A stretch of 64,000 bases of DNA. It comes from Octopus sinensis. Its lineage: Eukaryota. Both the position numbers and the translations under genes were made by a program. The stretch's first letter is position 1; each line of letters begins with the position of its first letter. Location of the stretch: assembly GCF_006345805.1 (NCBI RefSeq), contig NC_042999.1:111042001-111106000 (forward strand). Direction: 5' to 3'. Below are positions 27,435 to 41,591 of the stretch, piece by piece. The notes under the pieces are model-generated. The model searched no databases. It saw nothing but the letters and a program-made list of their open reading frames with translations, and was not told the origin of the DNA.

Positions 27435-27792
27435 ATATATATATATATATATATATTCTTCTTTTTCTTCTTTTACTTGTTTCAGTCGTTTGACTGCGGC
27501 CATGCTGGAGCAACGCATTTAGTCAAGCTAATTACCACACAGCCACTACTGCACCTATTCTTTTATTCTTTTACTCGTTTCGGCCATTTGACTGCGGCCA
27601 TGCTGGAGCACCAACTTAAAGTGTTTTTTAGTCGAACAAATCGCCCCCAGGAAGTTTTTTAAAGCCTAGTACTTATCATATCAGTCTCTTTTGCCGAACC
27701 GCTAAGATACGGGGACGTAAACTCACAAACATGGGTTGTCAAGTGGTAATGGAGGGGACAAACAGAGACACATACACATAGATATAAACATG

Positions 27793-27829
<37 letters not shown>

Positions 27830-27952
27830 CGGACTTCTTTCAATTCCCATTGACCTAAATCCATATTCTATATCATTATAATCATTGCTAATATGTGTGT
27901 GTGTGTTTGTGTGCGTGCATGTGTGTGTGTTCAAAAGGATTGCTACGGAAGA

Positions 27953-28068
27953 CGGAGTGTAACTAGAAGCTTTATTTAACACAACAATCGTTTCGGCTGC
28001 CTTCTGGGGAGCATTGCAGAAGGCAGTTGTGCTGAATAAAGCTTCTAGTTACATTCCGTCTTCCGTAT
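27953..28068. repeat. Fold-back hairpin (PLE pLTR-like) with hammerhead stem II + GAAAC
   Basis: Outer arms TACGGAAGACGGA(G/A)TGTAACTAGAAGCTTTATT..CACAAC; inner perfect stem CTGCCTTCTG/CAGAAGGCAG; minus strand GCCGAAACGATTGTT. Confidence 0.75.
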
Positions 28069-28259
28069 CAATCATTTGAAATATACCCAACGTGCCCCTA
28101 GGAATTCCTGATGTAGAAGGCGCAGTAACGTGGATGACGCCTGGTAGGTATAAGTGGTGAACGAGCTCGGCACGCACTCTACGTCGAACTTATCCAAAAC
28201 AAGGTTTGGATACTACATTTTAATGTTCCTATCTAAAGCTCAATTTTAATTTTAAATTT

Positions 28260-28270
28260 AGCCTATATAT

Positions 28271-28301
<31 letters not shown>

Positions 28302-28366
28302 GTGTGTCTGTGTGTGTGTGTGTGTACACAGATGCATATCTATATAAATAGGTACGTGTGTGTGTG

Positions 28367-28405
<39 letters not shown>

Positions 28406-28837
28406 GTGTGTGTGTATACATAGATGCAAATCTAAATAAGTACGTGTGTGTGTGGGTATATATATATATATGTATGTATATATATATATATATATTATGT
28501 ATATATATATATATGTATGTGTATATATATAATATATGTAGTATATATATATATATGTATTGTATATATATATATATGTATGTTATATATATATATATAT
28601 ATATGTAAGTATATATGTATGTATATGTATATGTATGTATATATATATGTATGTATATGTATATGTATGTATATGTATATGTATATATATATATATGTAT
28701 ATATATATTATATGTATATATAATATATATATATATTTATATATATATTTATATATATATGTATGTATATATAATATGTGTATATATATATATATATATG
28801 TATGTATATTATATGTATGTATATATATATATGTACG

Positions 28838-28877
<40 letters not shown>

Positions 28878-28953
28878 ATTATATATAATATATATTTATA
28901 TATATATATGTATATATATATAATATATATATATATCTATATATATATATATA

Positions 28954-28990
<37 letters not shown>

Positions 28991-29020
28991 TGTATGTATA
29001 TATTCATGTATAAAAGTTTG
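28260..29020. repeat. Compound (TA)n/(TATG)n microsatellite, representative of many (also e.g. 19200-19690, 23980-24420, 58500-59800)
   Basis: Direct inspection. Confidence 0.95.
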
Positions 29021-29475
29021 TGTATTAAAATCTGTATTATCATAACACATTGTTGTTCAGCAGCTTACATTTTCACAATTTATAATTACATACGCATTCT
29101 ACCTTCTCCAATATGTACATGTATGTATTGCAGACATGTATGATATGCAGCAACAACAGCAGCACTGCCACCATCATCATCACTACCATTGTATTGGCTA
29201 TGGTTGTTAAATAACTAATTTTTCACCTTCTGTATGTTTTCCTCTTAATTTATTGTTTTATAAATAATAATCATACCTATGTTGTTCATATCTTTTGTTG
29301 TTTAGTGATGTAATTTTATTTCACGTTATTTATTCGAGGTAAAGCTTGCCATTTCTGTTGCAAGGTAGAAAAATGAGTGTGGGAGTTGGTGAGGGGAAGA
29401 TTGAATAAGTTATTCTTCTATGACTTTTGCTGAGTGTATTGAAGGAGGAAGATTAAGAGGAAGATGATGATGATC

Positions 29476-29531
<56 letters not shown>

Positions 29532-29594
29532 TATATATATATACTATATGCTATATGTGTGTTTGTGTGTGTGTATGTACATGTATATATATAT

Positions 29595-29655
<61 letters not shown>

Positions 29656-32600
29656 CATAGATACATATATATGTAGGGAAGAGAGAGATATTACACACAC
29701 ACAAACAAACACACACTCTCTGATATATGAAAGCTAAGAAAACTTGAAAATTGAAGCTAAATTTGTATGTAATACTTGGAATGAACGGAAAATGTTTTAC
29801 TTTCTTCCGATTTTCCATTCTTATTATTTTATATTATTTATCTGTTTATTGTATTTTTTCTGTTTGATTTGTTAATCAAAATATGATTACAGAAAATTAA
29901 AAATGAAATACAAATGGATAATTAAAATCTGAGAAATTTATAAAATAAAAATAAAAGGAATATTTTAACCTCCAGCTATGAAAATTTTGTACTTATATAT
30001 CTGTATAGGCATGCAAATTGGTTGTGTATTTTGTAATAACAAAGCAAAGGAGCCTGTCTCTACATAAAGATACTGCCCTATGTTATTTTGCATAGGTAAC
30101 TTGTTTAAGAGATAAAAATAAACCTACTTAGCCTATGGTGTATAGTTTGGAATATATTTCTACTGAGACCTTTGGCGATAACCGAGATCCTAGGCGATAT
30201 ACTGTGTTTGAGAAAACTCGCCAAGCTAAGTGAAATTGCAGCCACTGGCGTTGCCGGTGAGACGTAACTGGCACTCGTGCCGGTTTATGAAAGGCATCCA
30301 GCCATAGAAATGGAGTATCAGCGTAGTATTAAAGACTGAAAGTGAGCTGATGCGACAAGTACAGAGTGTGTTACACGTATGTCTGAAGGCTCACGTCTGG
30401 TACATGGGACAACACAATTCAAGAATGAGAGTCAAGGGCATTTGCAGTGATGAAAAAGATCCCTGTTTCGCTGTCAGTTTTGACTGAAACGCAATGTAAG
30501 TTGTTTGTGAGCGCAGAGATCATGAAAAATATATGGTCCACGGGGGTCAGTATAGGTCCCGAAAACCACAAAACCAATCCAATGCAATTCCTTGTCATAA
30601 GTTCTTTAACAAAAGCAATGAGACTGCAATGCAAAGCAGAAAACTAAGCGATCACATTTGCGGCAATAAGAGCCATTGGAGCGCTTTCTGTCTTGAAGAT
30701 CTTGGAAGGTAAATGACAAAACAGCAGTAGGACTCGCAACAACAACAGCAGGACAACGTTTTTATTATCTATGCTCAGTTTATCTGCGATTTTATTGTAT
30801 GAGTGGGCTCGATGACAATAATAAAGGAAAGATTATTTTCTTGTTGTTTAGAGCGTTGGAAAAATGCCTTATGATAGTTTTTTGGCTAAAAAAAACCCCA
30901 AAAAACTCTGAATTGAAAATCTGCCTAGCTCCACTACCTTTCATCCCTCTGGCGTCGATGAACCAAAGTTCCATTTACGTACCGGGATTGGTGCAATCGA
31001 CTAAAAATTCTGGTCAATATTTGAAGCCATTATTATAATTAGTTTTACTGAAATACATATATGTGTTATCAAGTTTAAAATACCAATTCCGCTTTCTGTG
31101 TTTATTATTATGGCTAAGGCGGCAAGCTGGCAGAATCGTTAGCACGCCGGACAAAATGCTTAGCGGCAGTTATCCATCTTTACGTTCTGAGTTCAAATTA
31201 TGCTAAGGTCGACTTTGCCTTTCATCCTTTCGAAGTAGATAAAATTAGTACCAGTTGCGTGCTTGTGCCAAAATTTTAAACCAGTACGTATAATTAAAGT
31301 ATTATTTTAGTGCGTAGAATTAAGTGTTATTGTGTATATAAATAAACACACACATGCGTGTACATATGTATAAATATGGTATAGTATTCTGTACTATGCT
31401 GGAATGTGCGACATGTAGCCATACATCTTAGCTTATAAGAAAGTTCCACACACCAATATTATACCCAGCGTCGTTAGATGAAGGTAATCAAATCTGAGAA
31501 TCAGCTATCGCACAGAATTAGTCACGATATAGTATTAAGGGTTTAACATTTTGGCATAAGGCTAGCAATATCGGGGAAAGGGAACAGGTCGATTACATCG
31601 ATTCCGGTGACCAACTGGTAATTATTATTTAATCGATTTCGAAAAGTAAAGTAGACCTCAGCAAATTTTGAACTCAGAACGGAAGAAATGCTGCTAAACA
31701 TTTTGCCCGGCGTGCTAACGATTCTGCCAGTTCGCCGTGCCAAAGTTTAATTATATGTATTAAAATACATTAAATAGATATTAAAGTATCGAGGACCTAA
31801 TCACACTTAAGCACCTTTAAAAATTAAAATGTTAAAATTTTTTTTTGTCACAAATATACCAGCTGTTAAGTTTCCTCAGCCGGTTGTTTGCGGCTTAACT
31901 AAAAGTGTAAACTCTCAAACCAGTGGATGGGCCTCATTGTTAGAACATCGGGGGAAAAGGTAGCTGCAACATCTATTTATGGCCATTCATGACCTGAGTG
32001 CAAATCCATTCAAGGACAACGTTGTCTTTAGTTAGTCTGAATTCAATAAAAATAAACTAAACAGTCGAATACTAGGATCAATTTAAACATTCCTATAATA
32101 CGTGAATGAAATTAAAATAGTTTAAGGAATCATATGTCACTTATATAAAAAAAAAATATTCTAAGGAATAAAATATTGAATGTAAAGAAAAAACGAAAGA
32201 AATTGTTTTATATTCAAGAATATGCGATTGATAGAATTGCATAGATATATATTGCTTATGCATTGTTAATATACACCCACTAACATCAACAACAGAAATC
32301 TGAGAAAAACAATACCCGGTAAAGGTAGTGGGGTGACTATCTATTGTTATTAAAACTTGCAACAAAATCTAACTTTATTCTAATCTATATAAAGAAAAAT
32401 AAGAACAGATAAAACGAAAACAACAAAACTACGACGAAATAGCTATTGCGATATGTGAACAGACTTTCTAAGGCTTCTGTCTTCTTAACATCTATATAGT
32501 GACTCTCTTGGGTTGTTTGCTTAACCAAAAGGTAGACAGACGACGATAACAATAATAAATAAATTAAACAAACAAAAAGAAAAATCTCTCATGTGTCAAC

Positions 32601-32728
32601 AATTCAGTAAATGCTCATGTGGCTTCTGTGACAAATACCTTTACAAGGTTTCCGGTGATGCGATGGGCAAAACACAGAGCTAAGAATGTGAAATCTTAAT
32701 GTAAGAAATCATTTATATACGTACATAT

Positions 32729-32811
<83 letters not shown>

Positions 32812-33028
32812 CATATATACACACACAAACACACAGATACGCAATTATATACATACACATACATGCATATTTATACATATATAATAGAGATATACATACA
32901 TACATACATTAATATAGAGAGATAATATATATTACATAATACGTTCTTTATAAATATACATAATACATTATGTATGTTCTTGCGTGTGATTGTATGTGTG
33001 TATGTGTGTTTGTGCATGCGTGCACGTA

Positions 33029-33059
<31 letters not shown>

Positions 33060-34555
33060 TATATATATATGTATGTATGTATGTATGTATTTATGTACTT
33101 ATGATTTATTTTTGCATTGTTTTGTTGAACTTTTATATTAAAACTCGATATCAATTTAAAACTTAGACAGGAGAATATATTAAAGCGCATAATGTGAATA
33201 ATGATAACAGAAATCATATTTTTATTGTTGCTGTTGTTGTGTAACCCCGAGTCAGCCGTCATTAAGCAGACCTATGATCAAAAGTCAATCACAGTCGGTA
33301 ATTGGTCAGTTTTGACCAACAGATCGTTATGTATATTTTAAAATGGATTTTTCTTCCTTGGCTCAACTGGATGTGGTTTATGGGATTTTTGGCTGCTATA
33401 TTGAGCTGATAAATATAAAGGCGATGAGCTGGCAGAATTGTTAGCCCGCCAGGAAAAGTGCTTAGGGGCATTTCGTCCGTTGTTGATTCCAAGAGCCAGG
33501 ATGCTTGTTGACAGTCCATTATTGTTCAGTCCCAGGCTGATGATCAAACACACTCCAGCCATGATCATTTCATCTTCTTTTCCCCCTATATGGTGTATCT
33601 AAGACTACATTATCTAATATATACTTCTCTTTCTTAAGATGCTAGTATGAAATTTGACGTTCTGAGTTCAAGTTCCGCCGAGGTCGACATTGCCTTTCAT
33701 CCTTTCGGGTTTGATAAAATAAATACCAGCTAAGCACTGGGGTCGATGTAATCGACTTGCCTTCTCCACCGAAATTGCTGACCATATGCCAAAATTTGAA
33801 ACCAATATTTAGCTGATAAATTGACCAAGTGGAGACCCCTTGTTCTTAATAATAATTTTTTCTACCTAGCCACAATGGAGTTGAAGGCATACAATTTAAG
33901 AGTAGATATTGATACTTTAATCGATCCCAACACTTGATTGGAACTTTCTTCAAGTGTAGAAGGATAAAAATTGAAACAAAATTACAATGTGATTCGAAAG
34001 AGACGTAACTAAATACTGGACTTTACCGTTTTTGCCTCTCAATTATCATCTACAATAAAAGAAGGCAGAAGGAAATTAAGGAGGATGGTTATAGTGATAA
34101 TTGCTTTTGATATAGACTCAAATTTAGCAGTTCTGAGAGGAGGGTTGGTTTGATTACATCGACATTTGTACTTGACAGGTACTTTATTTTATCGACTCTG
34201 AAGGGATGTAAAGGGAAGTTGACCTCAGTGGGATTTGAACTCAGAAAGTAAAGAACCGGAACAAATACTGCTAGTATATTTGTTAACGCCTTCACAATTC
34301 TTCCAATCGACCGCCCTCTGTTAATAATCGCCTTTGACTTAGGCATAAGGTTAGCAATTTGGTAGGAGGCGTTGGTCGATTATATCTACGCCAGTATTTA
34401 ACTGGCACTTTATTTTACCGACTCTGAGAGGATAAAAGTCAAGCTAACGACAGCTGAATTTAAACCCAGAATGCAAAATGATGTAACAAATATTAGACGG
34501 CAATTTTCAACACTCTAATGATTTAACCAGCACGTTGCCAAATTGTATTTATTTA

Positions 34556-34857
34556 TGCGCCCTTTTCAAGCCTAACCAGGCTCATGGCCCCAGTTTCTCG
34601 GTTTCTGTGGCGTATGTGTTCCCTTCAGCTAGACGGGACGCCAGTCCATCACAGCGTTACTCAAGAAACAGGAAGAAAGAGTGAGAGAAAGTTGGGGCGA
34701 AAGAGTACAATAGGAGTCGCCAAGACCCCCTGCCGGAGCCTCGCGGAGCTTTAGGTGTTTTCACTCAATAAACACTCAACGCCTGGTCTGGGAATCGAAA
34801 CAGTGATCCTCCGATCGCGAGTCCGCTGCCCTAACCACTGGGCCATTGCGCCTCCAC
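34556..34857 (-). mobile_element. tRNA-derived SINE, family C
   Basis: Head GGAGGCGCAATGGCCCAGTGGTTAGGGCAGCGGACTCG..GTTTCGATTCCCAGACC; same head at 48444(+); related heads at 36905-37195(-) and 53784-54080(+). Confidence 0.75.
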
Positions 34858-36077
34858 ACGTTGCCAAATAAGAAAACAAATAGTTTCAAATTACGGCACA
34901 AGGCCGGCAATTTCGAGGTTAGGGGCAAATCGATTAAATCAACCCTAGTGTTCAACTGGTCCTTATTTTATCGACTTCGAAAGGATTGAAAGGCAAAGTC
35001 GAACTCGATGGAATTGCAACTTAGGATGTAAGGATGGACAAAATATAGCTAAGAATTTTGTCCGGTGTGCTAACGACTCTGGCCGCTCACCACCTTGATA
35101 ACAATAATAATGATTTCAAATTTTGACACAAGGCCAGTAATTTTGAGGCAGTGTTCAACTGCTACTTATTTTATCGATCCCGAGAAGATGAAAGGCAAAG
35201 TCGACCGCGCCCTAATTTGAACTCAAAGCGTAATGACGGACAAAATACCTATTTCTTTACTACCCACAAGGAGCTAAACACAGAGAGAACAAACAAGGAC
35301 AGACAAACGGATTAAGTCGATTATATCGACCCCAGTGCGTAACTGGTACTTTATTTATCGACCTCGAAAGGATGAAGGGCAAAGTTCACCTCGGCGGAAT
35401 TTGAACTCAGGATATAACGGCAGACGAAATACCGCTACGCATTTCGCCTGGCGTGCTGACGACAACGGCAAGAACAATAATATCGCTGTCCGAGGTGAGG
35501 GTCCTATCCCATACCATCATCGTTTTATCAAAGTTAGCACGGACAAAACATGTAGAATATATTGATTTTGTGAAGACAACATTGATCACAGCCTCTCTCG
35601 CTGCACCAGTAAAAAATGAATATATTCATCGCCACATGAAATCCGCATACCTACACTAAAAACATCTGTAGAGAATATTATATCACCATCTACGAGATAC
35701 TATGACAACAAACCAGGAACAGTGTCCATGTATGATTATGCTTCCATCATATGAGATACGCCGCACCAGATAGGCAGGTAAATCAAAACAAACGGGCTAA
35801 TTTCTATCCTCTAAAGTTGAATATAATTAATTATTATAAACATCACATATAAAATCTATGAACTGGTTAATATGTTAAGGCAAGAGTCACAATTTGCTTT
35901 GTATTCGAGTGTTTTACGACATACGTCTAATTGCCAGTCACCTTACTGAAACAAGTGTAGAAAGGTTAAAATAGTGTAACTAAATGCACGCCATCAGCAC
36001 ACACACACACACACGTATATATATATTTATGTTATAGATATAGGGTAAAAAATTATTAATTTATAATTAATAAATTT

Positions 36078-36235
36078 CACCAAGTAGTTTCGGTATGGAA
36101 AGGAACCATATTCGGTAAAAACTTATACAAGAAGTTTTATATATAATTATAACAATAATTAAGGGTTTAGCAACGAGTTGCTTAACCACATACCGAAAAA
36201 TTTAGAAATAGCAGCCAAAAGACCGTTATTTCTTT
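36078..36235 (-). mobile_element. Diverged relative of the 596-bp monomer
   Basis: CACCAAGTAGTTTCGGTATG..AAGGGTTTAGCAACGAGTTGCTTAACCACATACCGAA..TTTAGAAATAGCAGCCAAAAGA aligns to the reverse complement of the monomer across its array junction. Confidence 0.7.
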
Positions 36236-36545
36236 TCGCTACAAAATATGACTCCACAGACAACCCTCTCTGTAACTCACACAGGCAAAAAAAAAGAAGG
36301 AAAATAATGAAATCAAACAGTCTTCGGTTTGGTATATAGGTATATATATAAAAGATGAGCAACAGTGAATATTTTGCTCAATACTACAAATTTGCTTGTC
36401 AGTTGTTTGATCTTCACCAGATGTGTGTTTACGCCAACAAATATATGTAAGGGTATGTATAAACATACTTGTATATGTATGTGCGTGTATATACACACAT
36501 AAATATGATTGTAATTGTTAATGTGTGAATGCATTTTAATTTATA

Positions 36546-36880
36546 AACAAGAGCACTCATAGAGCGCAAGCCTCCGCCAAGGTAATACCAACGTTCTCTC
36601 AACAGTTTGCCAGAGATGATTTTTGAAATGAGAATATCTGAAGTAAACTCGACTGCTCTCACAAACGAGAATTTTAAAAATGAACCCGACCGCTCTCAAA
36701 AATTAAGTAAAAAAAACAGGAAAAATAGTCCAGAACCAGATCGATCGCAAAATCTAATCAGCTCGTGCCAGTCACGAAGCAAAGCATCTCTAACAGTTTC
36801 ATCCGAATCCATCCAGCAGTTCTTGATATATGTTGTCCACGGACAAACAAACAAACACGACTGAAAACAATAATAAGAGA
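36546..36880. mobile_element. Candidate non-autonomous Helentron/DINE-1-like element
   Basis: CCTCCGCCAAGG subterminal motif, (AAAC)n and CTGAAAACAATA end; assignment from recall only. Confidence 0.3.
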
Positions 36881-37319
36881 AAAGTTCTCAATACATGTTT
36901 TGTTGTTTGTTTGTTCCTTCTCAAGCTATGCCAGGCTCATAAGGGCCGGTTTCCCAGTTTCCTTGGCGTATAGGTTCCCCACCTGGACGGGACGCCGGTC
37001 CGTCGCAGGTGAGCTGCAAGATGCAAGAGGAAAGAGTAAGTTGTGGCGAAGGAGTCAGCAGAAGTTCGCCATTACCTTCTACCGGAGCCACGTTTCCGCT
37101 CATAAACACACCCATCGCCCGGTCTGAGATTCGAACCCGCGATCCCTCGACCGCGAGTCCGCAGCTCTAACCACCAGGTCATGTGCCTCCCACACACAAT
37201 ACATGTAGTAGACTTTATTGATTTATTGAAAGTCGAGGCTTCTGTTTGTTATAACAAGCTTCCCATTCTTGCATTTCAATCACTGACACACACACACACA
37301 TACACACACAAAGAGAGAG

Positions 37320-37379
<60 letters not shown>

Positions 37380-38380
37380 GGGAGAGAGAGAGAGAGAGAA
37401 GGGCAACTCAGAGTAGCAACAGAAGAGTACATAAATTTGAAATAACTGTATGTTTCTTCAGTTATCGACCTGTCTACAACATCATATTTTATTCATATTT
37501 AGATAATACACATTCATCAGATATAATTAATCAGGATGATAGGTTCTACCACCCTGGGTAGTATTGTAGATTCTCCAATATTATCCACATGTATTGAAAT
37601 ATTACAGTTCATCATTTAAAAAAAAATCTTAAATTATTTTAAGTTGATGATTCGTATTTATTCATACATGTATAGTCATACAGTGAATATGTATAATGAT
37701 AATGAATGTGAACACTTTCCAGGTATTTCGATATTTCGATGTGGTTTTTGTATAACCAAATGATTATAAGAATCTATTTTGTATGTATCGTTGCATGCAA
37801 AAGTTATTTTAAAGTTGTTGTTAAATAGATTTTTAATGCAATAAAAATGCGCATTCTATAGATATTTTAAGATACAATTAGTGAAATATTACAATATTAC
37901 ATACAGTATTTTTGCTTACGTGTGTGGAAGAAACTAAGTTTGGTGTACTTCGTAAATATCTGAGTATCGTGCTTAAAAGCTTCTCAAGAAAACAATCTGC
38001 AGGATGAAATACACTGTATACAATGTATTGCCTTGTTAACATCTCATATTGCATATTAAATTATTTTCCTTAGTAATGAATTTCTTTTGTAATGTTCTAG
38101 AGGTATAATTACGCTGATATATAATCATAAGTTGATCTGCTATGCTGTTCTAATTAATGGCAGATATAGCTATGGTTGCATAAATAAAGAAATTTTCTGG
38201 AACCATTGTGCCCAGAGTAGATCTTCTAGATGGGAGACGCATGTTGTGAATGGCAATTGTATTTTGCGAGTTTTATTGTTATTTAGGGTTCTCGTAATTT
38301 GAATTGTTACATTTTTTAAGACATGTGAATGGTAGCACATCAGTGAAGCTTCTCAGCGTCAAATGAACAGACTATATATA

Positions 38381-38419
<39 letters not shown>

Positions 38420-38589
38420 AATAATAAATCTCTGAGCGAGATGTAAACAGTAGTAGTACAACACCGTGAGGTATATTTGCCACCTAAATGTGGCTGACCT
38501 ATATGGGACGATGCTACTGTAGTTTATAACCCCAGGAAGACATCTCCTCCAGCTGGCTAACGGCACACTGTGTCCGATCAATATTTGCG

Positions 38590-39270
38590 AAGGAAAATAC
38601 CGCTAAGCACTTCGTCCAGTGAATGAAGAGTGAATGATACCATTGCCCATATCACGAACGAATGCCCTAGACTTGCCCAAAACCAGTGCAAGTTGTGGCG
38701 ACATGATCAGGTAGCGAAAGTGCTCCTTTGGAAACTGTGCGAAAAGTGGGGCTAGAGAGAGAGAGGCAAGACGTGGTATGAGCACAAACCGCAGTGAGTG
38801 GGGGAGTCGGAGACTAACTAAATCCTCTGAGATTTCCCAATCCAAACAGATTAGATGCTAGAACATAACAGACGGGACATAGTGGTGGTGGACAAGGAGC
38901 ACCACGTATGCTATATAATTGATGTTGGGTGCCCAATTTGACCCACGAATAGTCAAAAAGGAAGGCGAAAATATAGATAAATACAACTCTCTTAAGTACG
39001 AAGAAAACGAAGGAGAAGATAGTGCTAATTATTGTTGGGTTCTTGAGAACAGTATCAGAAGGCATCAAGGGGAATATAGAGTAAATTAGAATAGTGTTCC
39101 CAGTAGAACTGTTACAAAAGGTTTGCCTCCTTGGCACGGCCAGAATAACTAGGAAAGTATTAGATAGCTAAAAAGAGCGAATAGCATGGTACTGTAGGCT
39201 GCAGGTAGCAAGCCTTCTACGTATGCAAGACTCCAGGGGCTCTAACAAAACCTGTTATAAAGAGAAATGA
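38590..39270 (+). mobile_element. R4/Dong-type LINE 3' fragment (second family)
   Basis: TIAHITNECPRLAQNQC..RHDQVAK..WYEHKP..DFPIQTD..EHNR.DIVVVDK..IIDV; the 3' UTR matches the copy at 50095-50475. Confidence 0.8.
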
Positions 39271-39441
39271 TAATGATAATATTATGATCTGACAGCCATT
39301 CTCTAGAACAACACTCTGTGCAAAACCATAACTATGGCACTCTAGTCATAACACTGACTTGAACTTCTAACTTGTTGTCTCTTGAGGTTTCTAGATGAGA
39401 CTTGGAGTCGACTTTTACAAATACAAAGCAAAAGCCAAGCG

Positions 39442-39491
<50 letters not shown>

Positions 39492-39504
39492 TGATAATAA
39501 TAAT

Positions 39505-41200
39505 ATGACAATGAGCTTGAAGGACTACAACGTACTGTCAACGTATTCAGTGATGACATTGGGATGGAATTTGGTCTTGATAATTGTGCCAAGGCCACCT
39601 TACAGGAAGGGAAACTGGTGACCTCACATTCAGTGGAGTTGGATGTTGACATAGTCATAAAAGAACTTGAGCAGGAACAGACTTACAAATACCTCGGAAT
39701 AAAAGAGAGCACTGGCATTCAGCATGCAAGTATGAAAAAGATCAGGAAGGGATATTACAGGGGAGTTCGAGCAGTCTTAAAATCCGAGTAAAATGCACGT
39801 AACAAGGTGTTAGCTATAAATTCCTTTCTGTTCCGGTTGTTGTTTACAGTTCAGTGTGTTGAACTGAGCGAAATAAGGAAGATTGACAGGAAAATCTGTA
39901 AACTTCTAACTTGCAATAAGACACATCACGCAAAGGCAGACGCAGATCGTCTTTATCTACCCAGAGCTCGAGGAGGTCGAGGCTTGATCGAATTTGAAAT
40001 CTCTTACAAAACCATCATAATTGGACTGGCAAGATATCTTGAAACATCTGATGACTGGATGCTAAAGCTCGTTGAAAACCATGAAGATGTAAGAAGCTAC
40101 ATTCTGTTATGAAGGAGAGCAAATTATTTTCAAGGGAGTTTATGCGTGATCCCCAGGTTGAACAGCATGAGGGAAATTACAAAGAAGGTTAAATCAATAG
40201 CAAAGCAAAATGCGTTTGATCAATTGGCTGATAGGTGGGAACAAAAACCTCTGTATGGCAAATATGTGGTCCGTAGCAAACAAGCTGATGTAGACCAGAA
40301 GCAGACCCACCAGTGGTTACGAAACTCAGAACTAAAGGCAGAGAGTGAAGGCTTTATCTTGGCTACCCAAGATCAGAGCTAATTGACCCAGGACTATCAA
40401 GCCAATGCGATGAAAATTGGTGTAGACTCAAAGTGCCGATACTGCAACGATGGGATAGAATCAGCGGACCACGTAATCTCTGTAGAGTACAACTCAAGAC
40501 ATGACAGATTTGGCCAATATCTATACTGGATAATGTATCGGCATTATAATATCAAAACTTCTGACAAATGATACAAGCACCACCCTGGGGCTGTAACTGA
40601 GGGAGAAAATGTAACGATTCTTTGGGACTTCCCAGTATATACAGACCGGACCATCAAAGCAAATGAACTGGATATTGTTGCGAAAGACCAAAACAATAAA
40701 GACTATTTATTGCCTGAAATGAGCATACCCTGTAACCATGATATCTCGGTAAAAGAATTTGATAAGCTCAGAATATATAAAGATTTGCTCATCGAAATCG
40801 AAAAGATGTGGCATCTCAAGGCGGTTACAATACCAGTGATTGTGGGACCACTTTTGAATTATCAAAAACGGAACTGAAAATTATTTAAGAATGATCTCTG
40901 TCTTACCATCCATACAGGAAGTGCAAAAGATTGTCTTAACTGGTACGTCACACGTATTAAGAGCATTGTCGCTGTGAATTTTCTTTCCCTTTTTCTCCTT
41001 TATTTTCTTTGTTTACTTAAAAAAAAATTTCTCTGTCTTTCTTCCCCCTTTTCTCTATCACATGACGTTGTAAATGGACAATTTGGTCTGCTTATTTTAA
41101 TGGCCTACCAAAGTTTACAGTGCGTTTCTTTCTTTGCCCTAAATGTCAGGAAGACACTCGACAAGAAATGGAAACAGAATAGAAAGAAGATGATAATGAA
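39505..41200 (+). mobile_element. Older, frameshifted copy of the 7001-8590 R4/Dong family
   Basis: MEFGLDNCAKA.., RLYLPRARGGRGL, LKAESEGFILATQDQS, LWDFPVYTDRTIKAN; homologous 3' UTR; (AAT)n on both sides. Confidence 0.88.
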
Positions 41201-41533
41201 AATAACAACAACAACAATAATAATAATAATAATAATAATAAAATAATAATAATAATAATAATAATAATAGTAATAATAATAATAGTAATAATAATTATAA
41301 TAATAATAATTGTAATAATAACAACAACAACAACAACCACAACAACAACAATAATAATAATGATATCAATCCTTTCAACTGAAGGCACAAGGCTTTACCT
41401 TTCATCCTTTCGGGGTCGATAAATTAAGTATCAGTGAAACACTGGGGTCGATGCAATCGACTAGTTTCTCCCCATATTTCAGGTCTTGTGCCTACAGTAG
41501 AAAAGATTATTATTATTATCATTATTATTATTA

Positions 41534-41589
<56 letters not shown>

Positions 41590-41591
<2 letters not shown>

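Noticed and set aside
30447-30487. C/D-box snoRNA (GTGATGA...CTGA)
   Set aside because: Only 41 nt from box C to box D, and no convincing rRNA guide.
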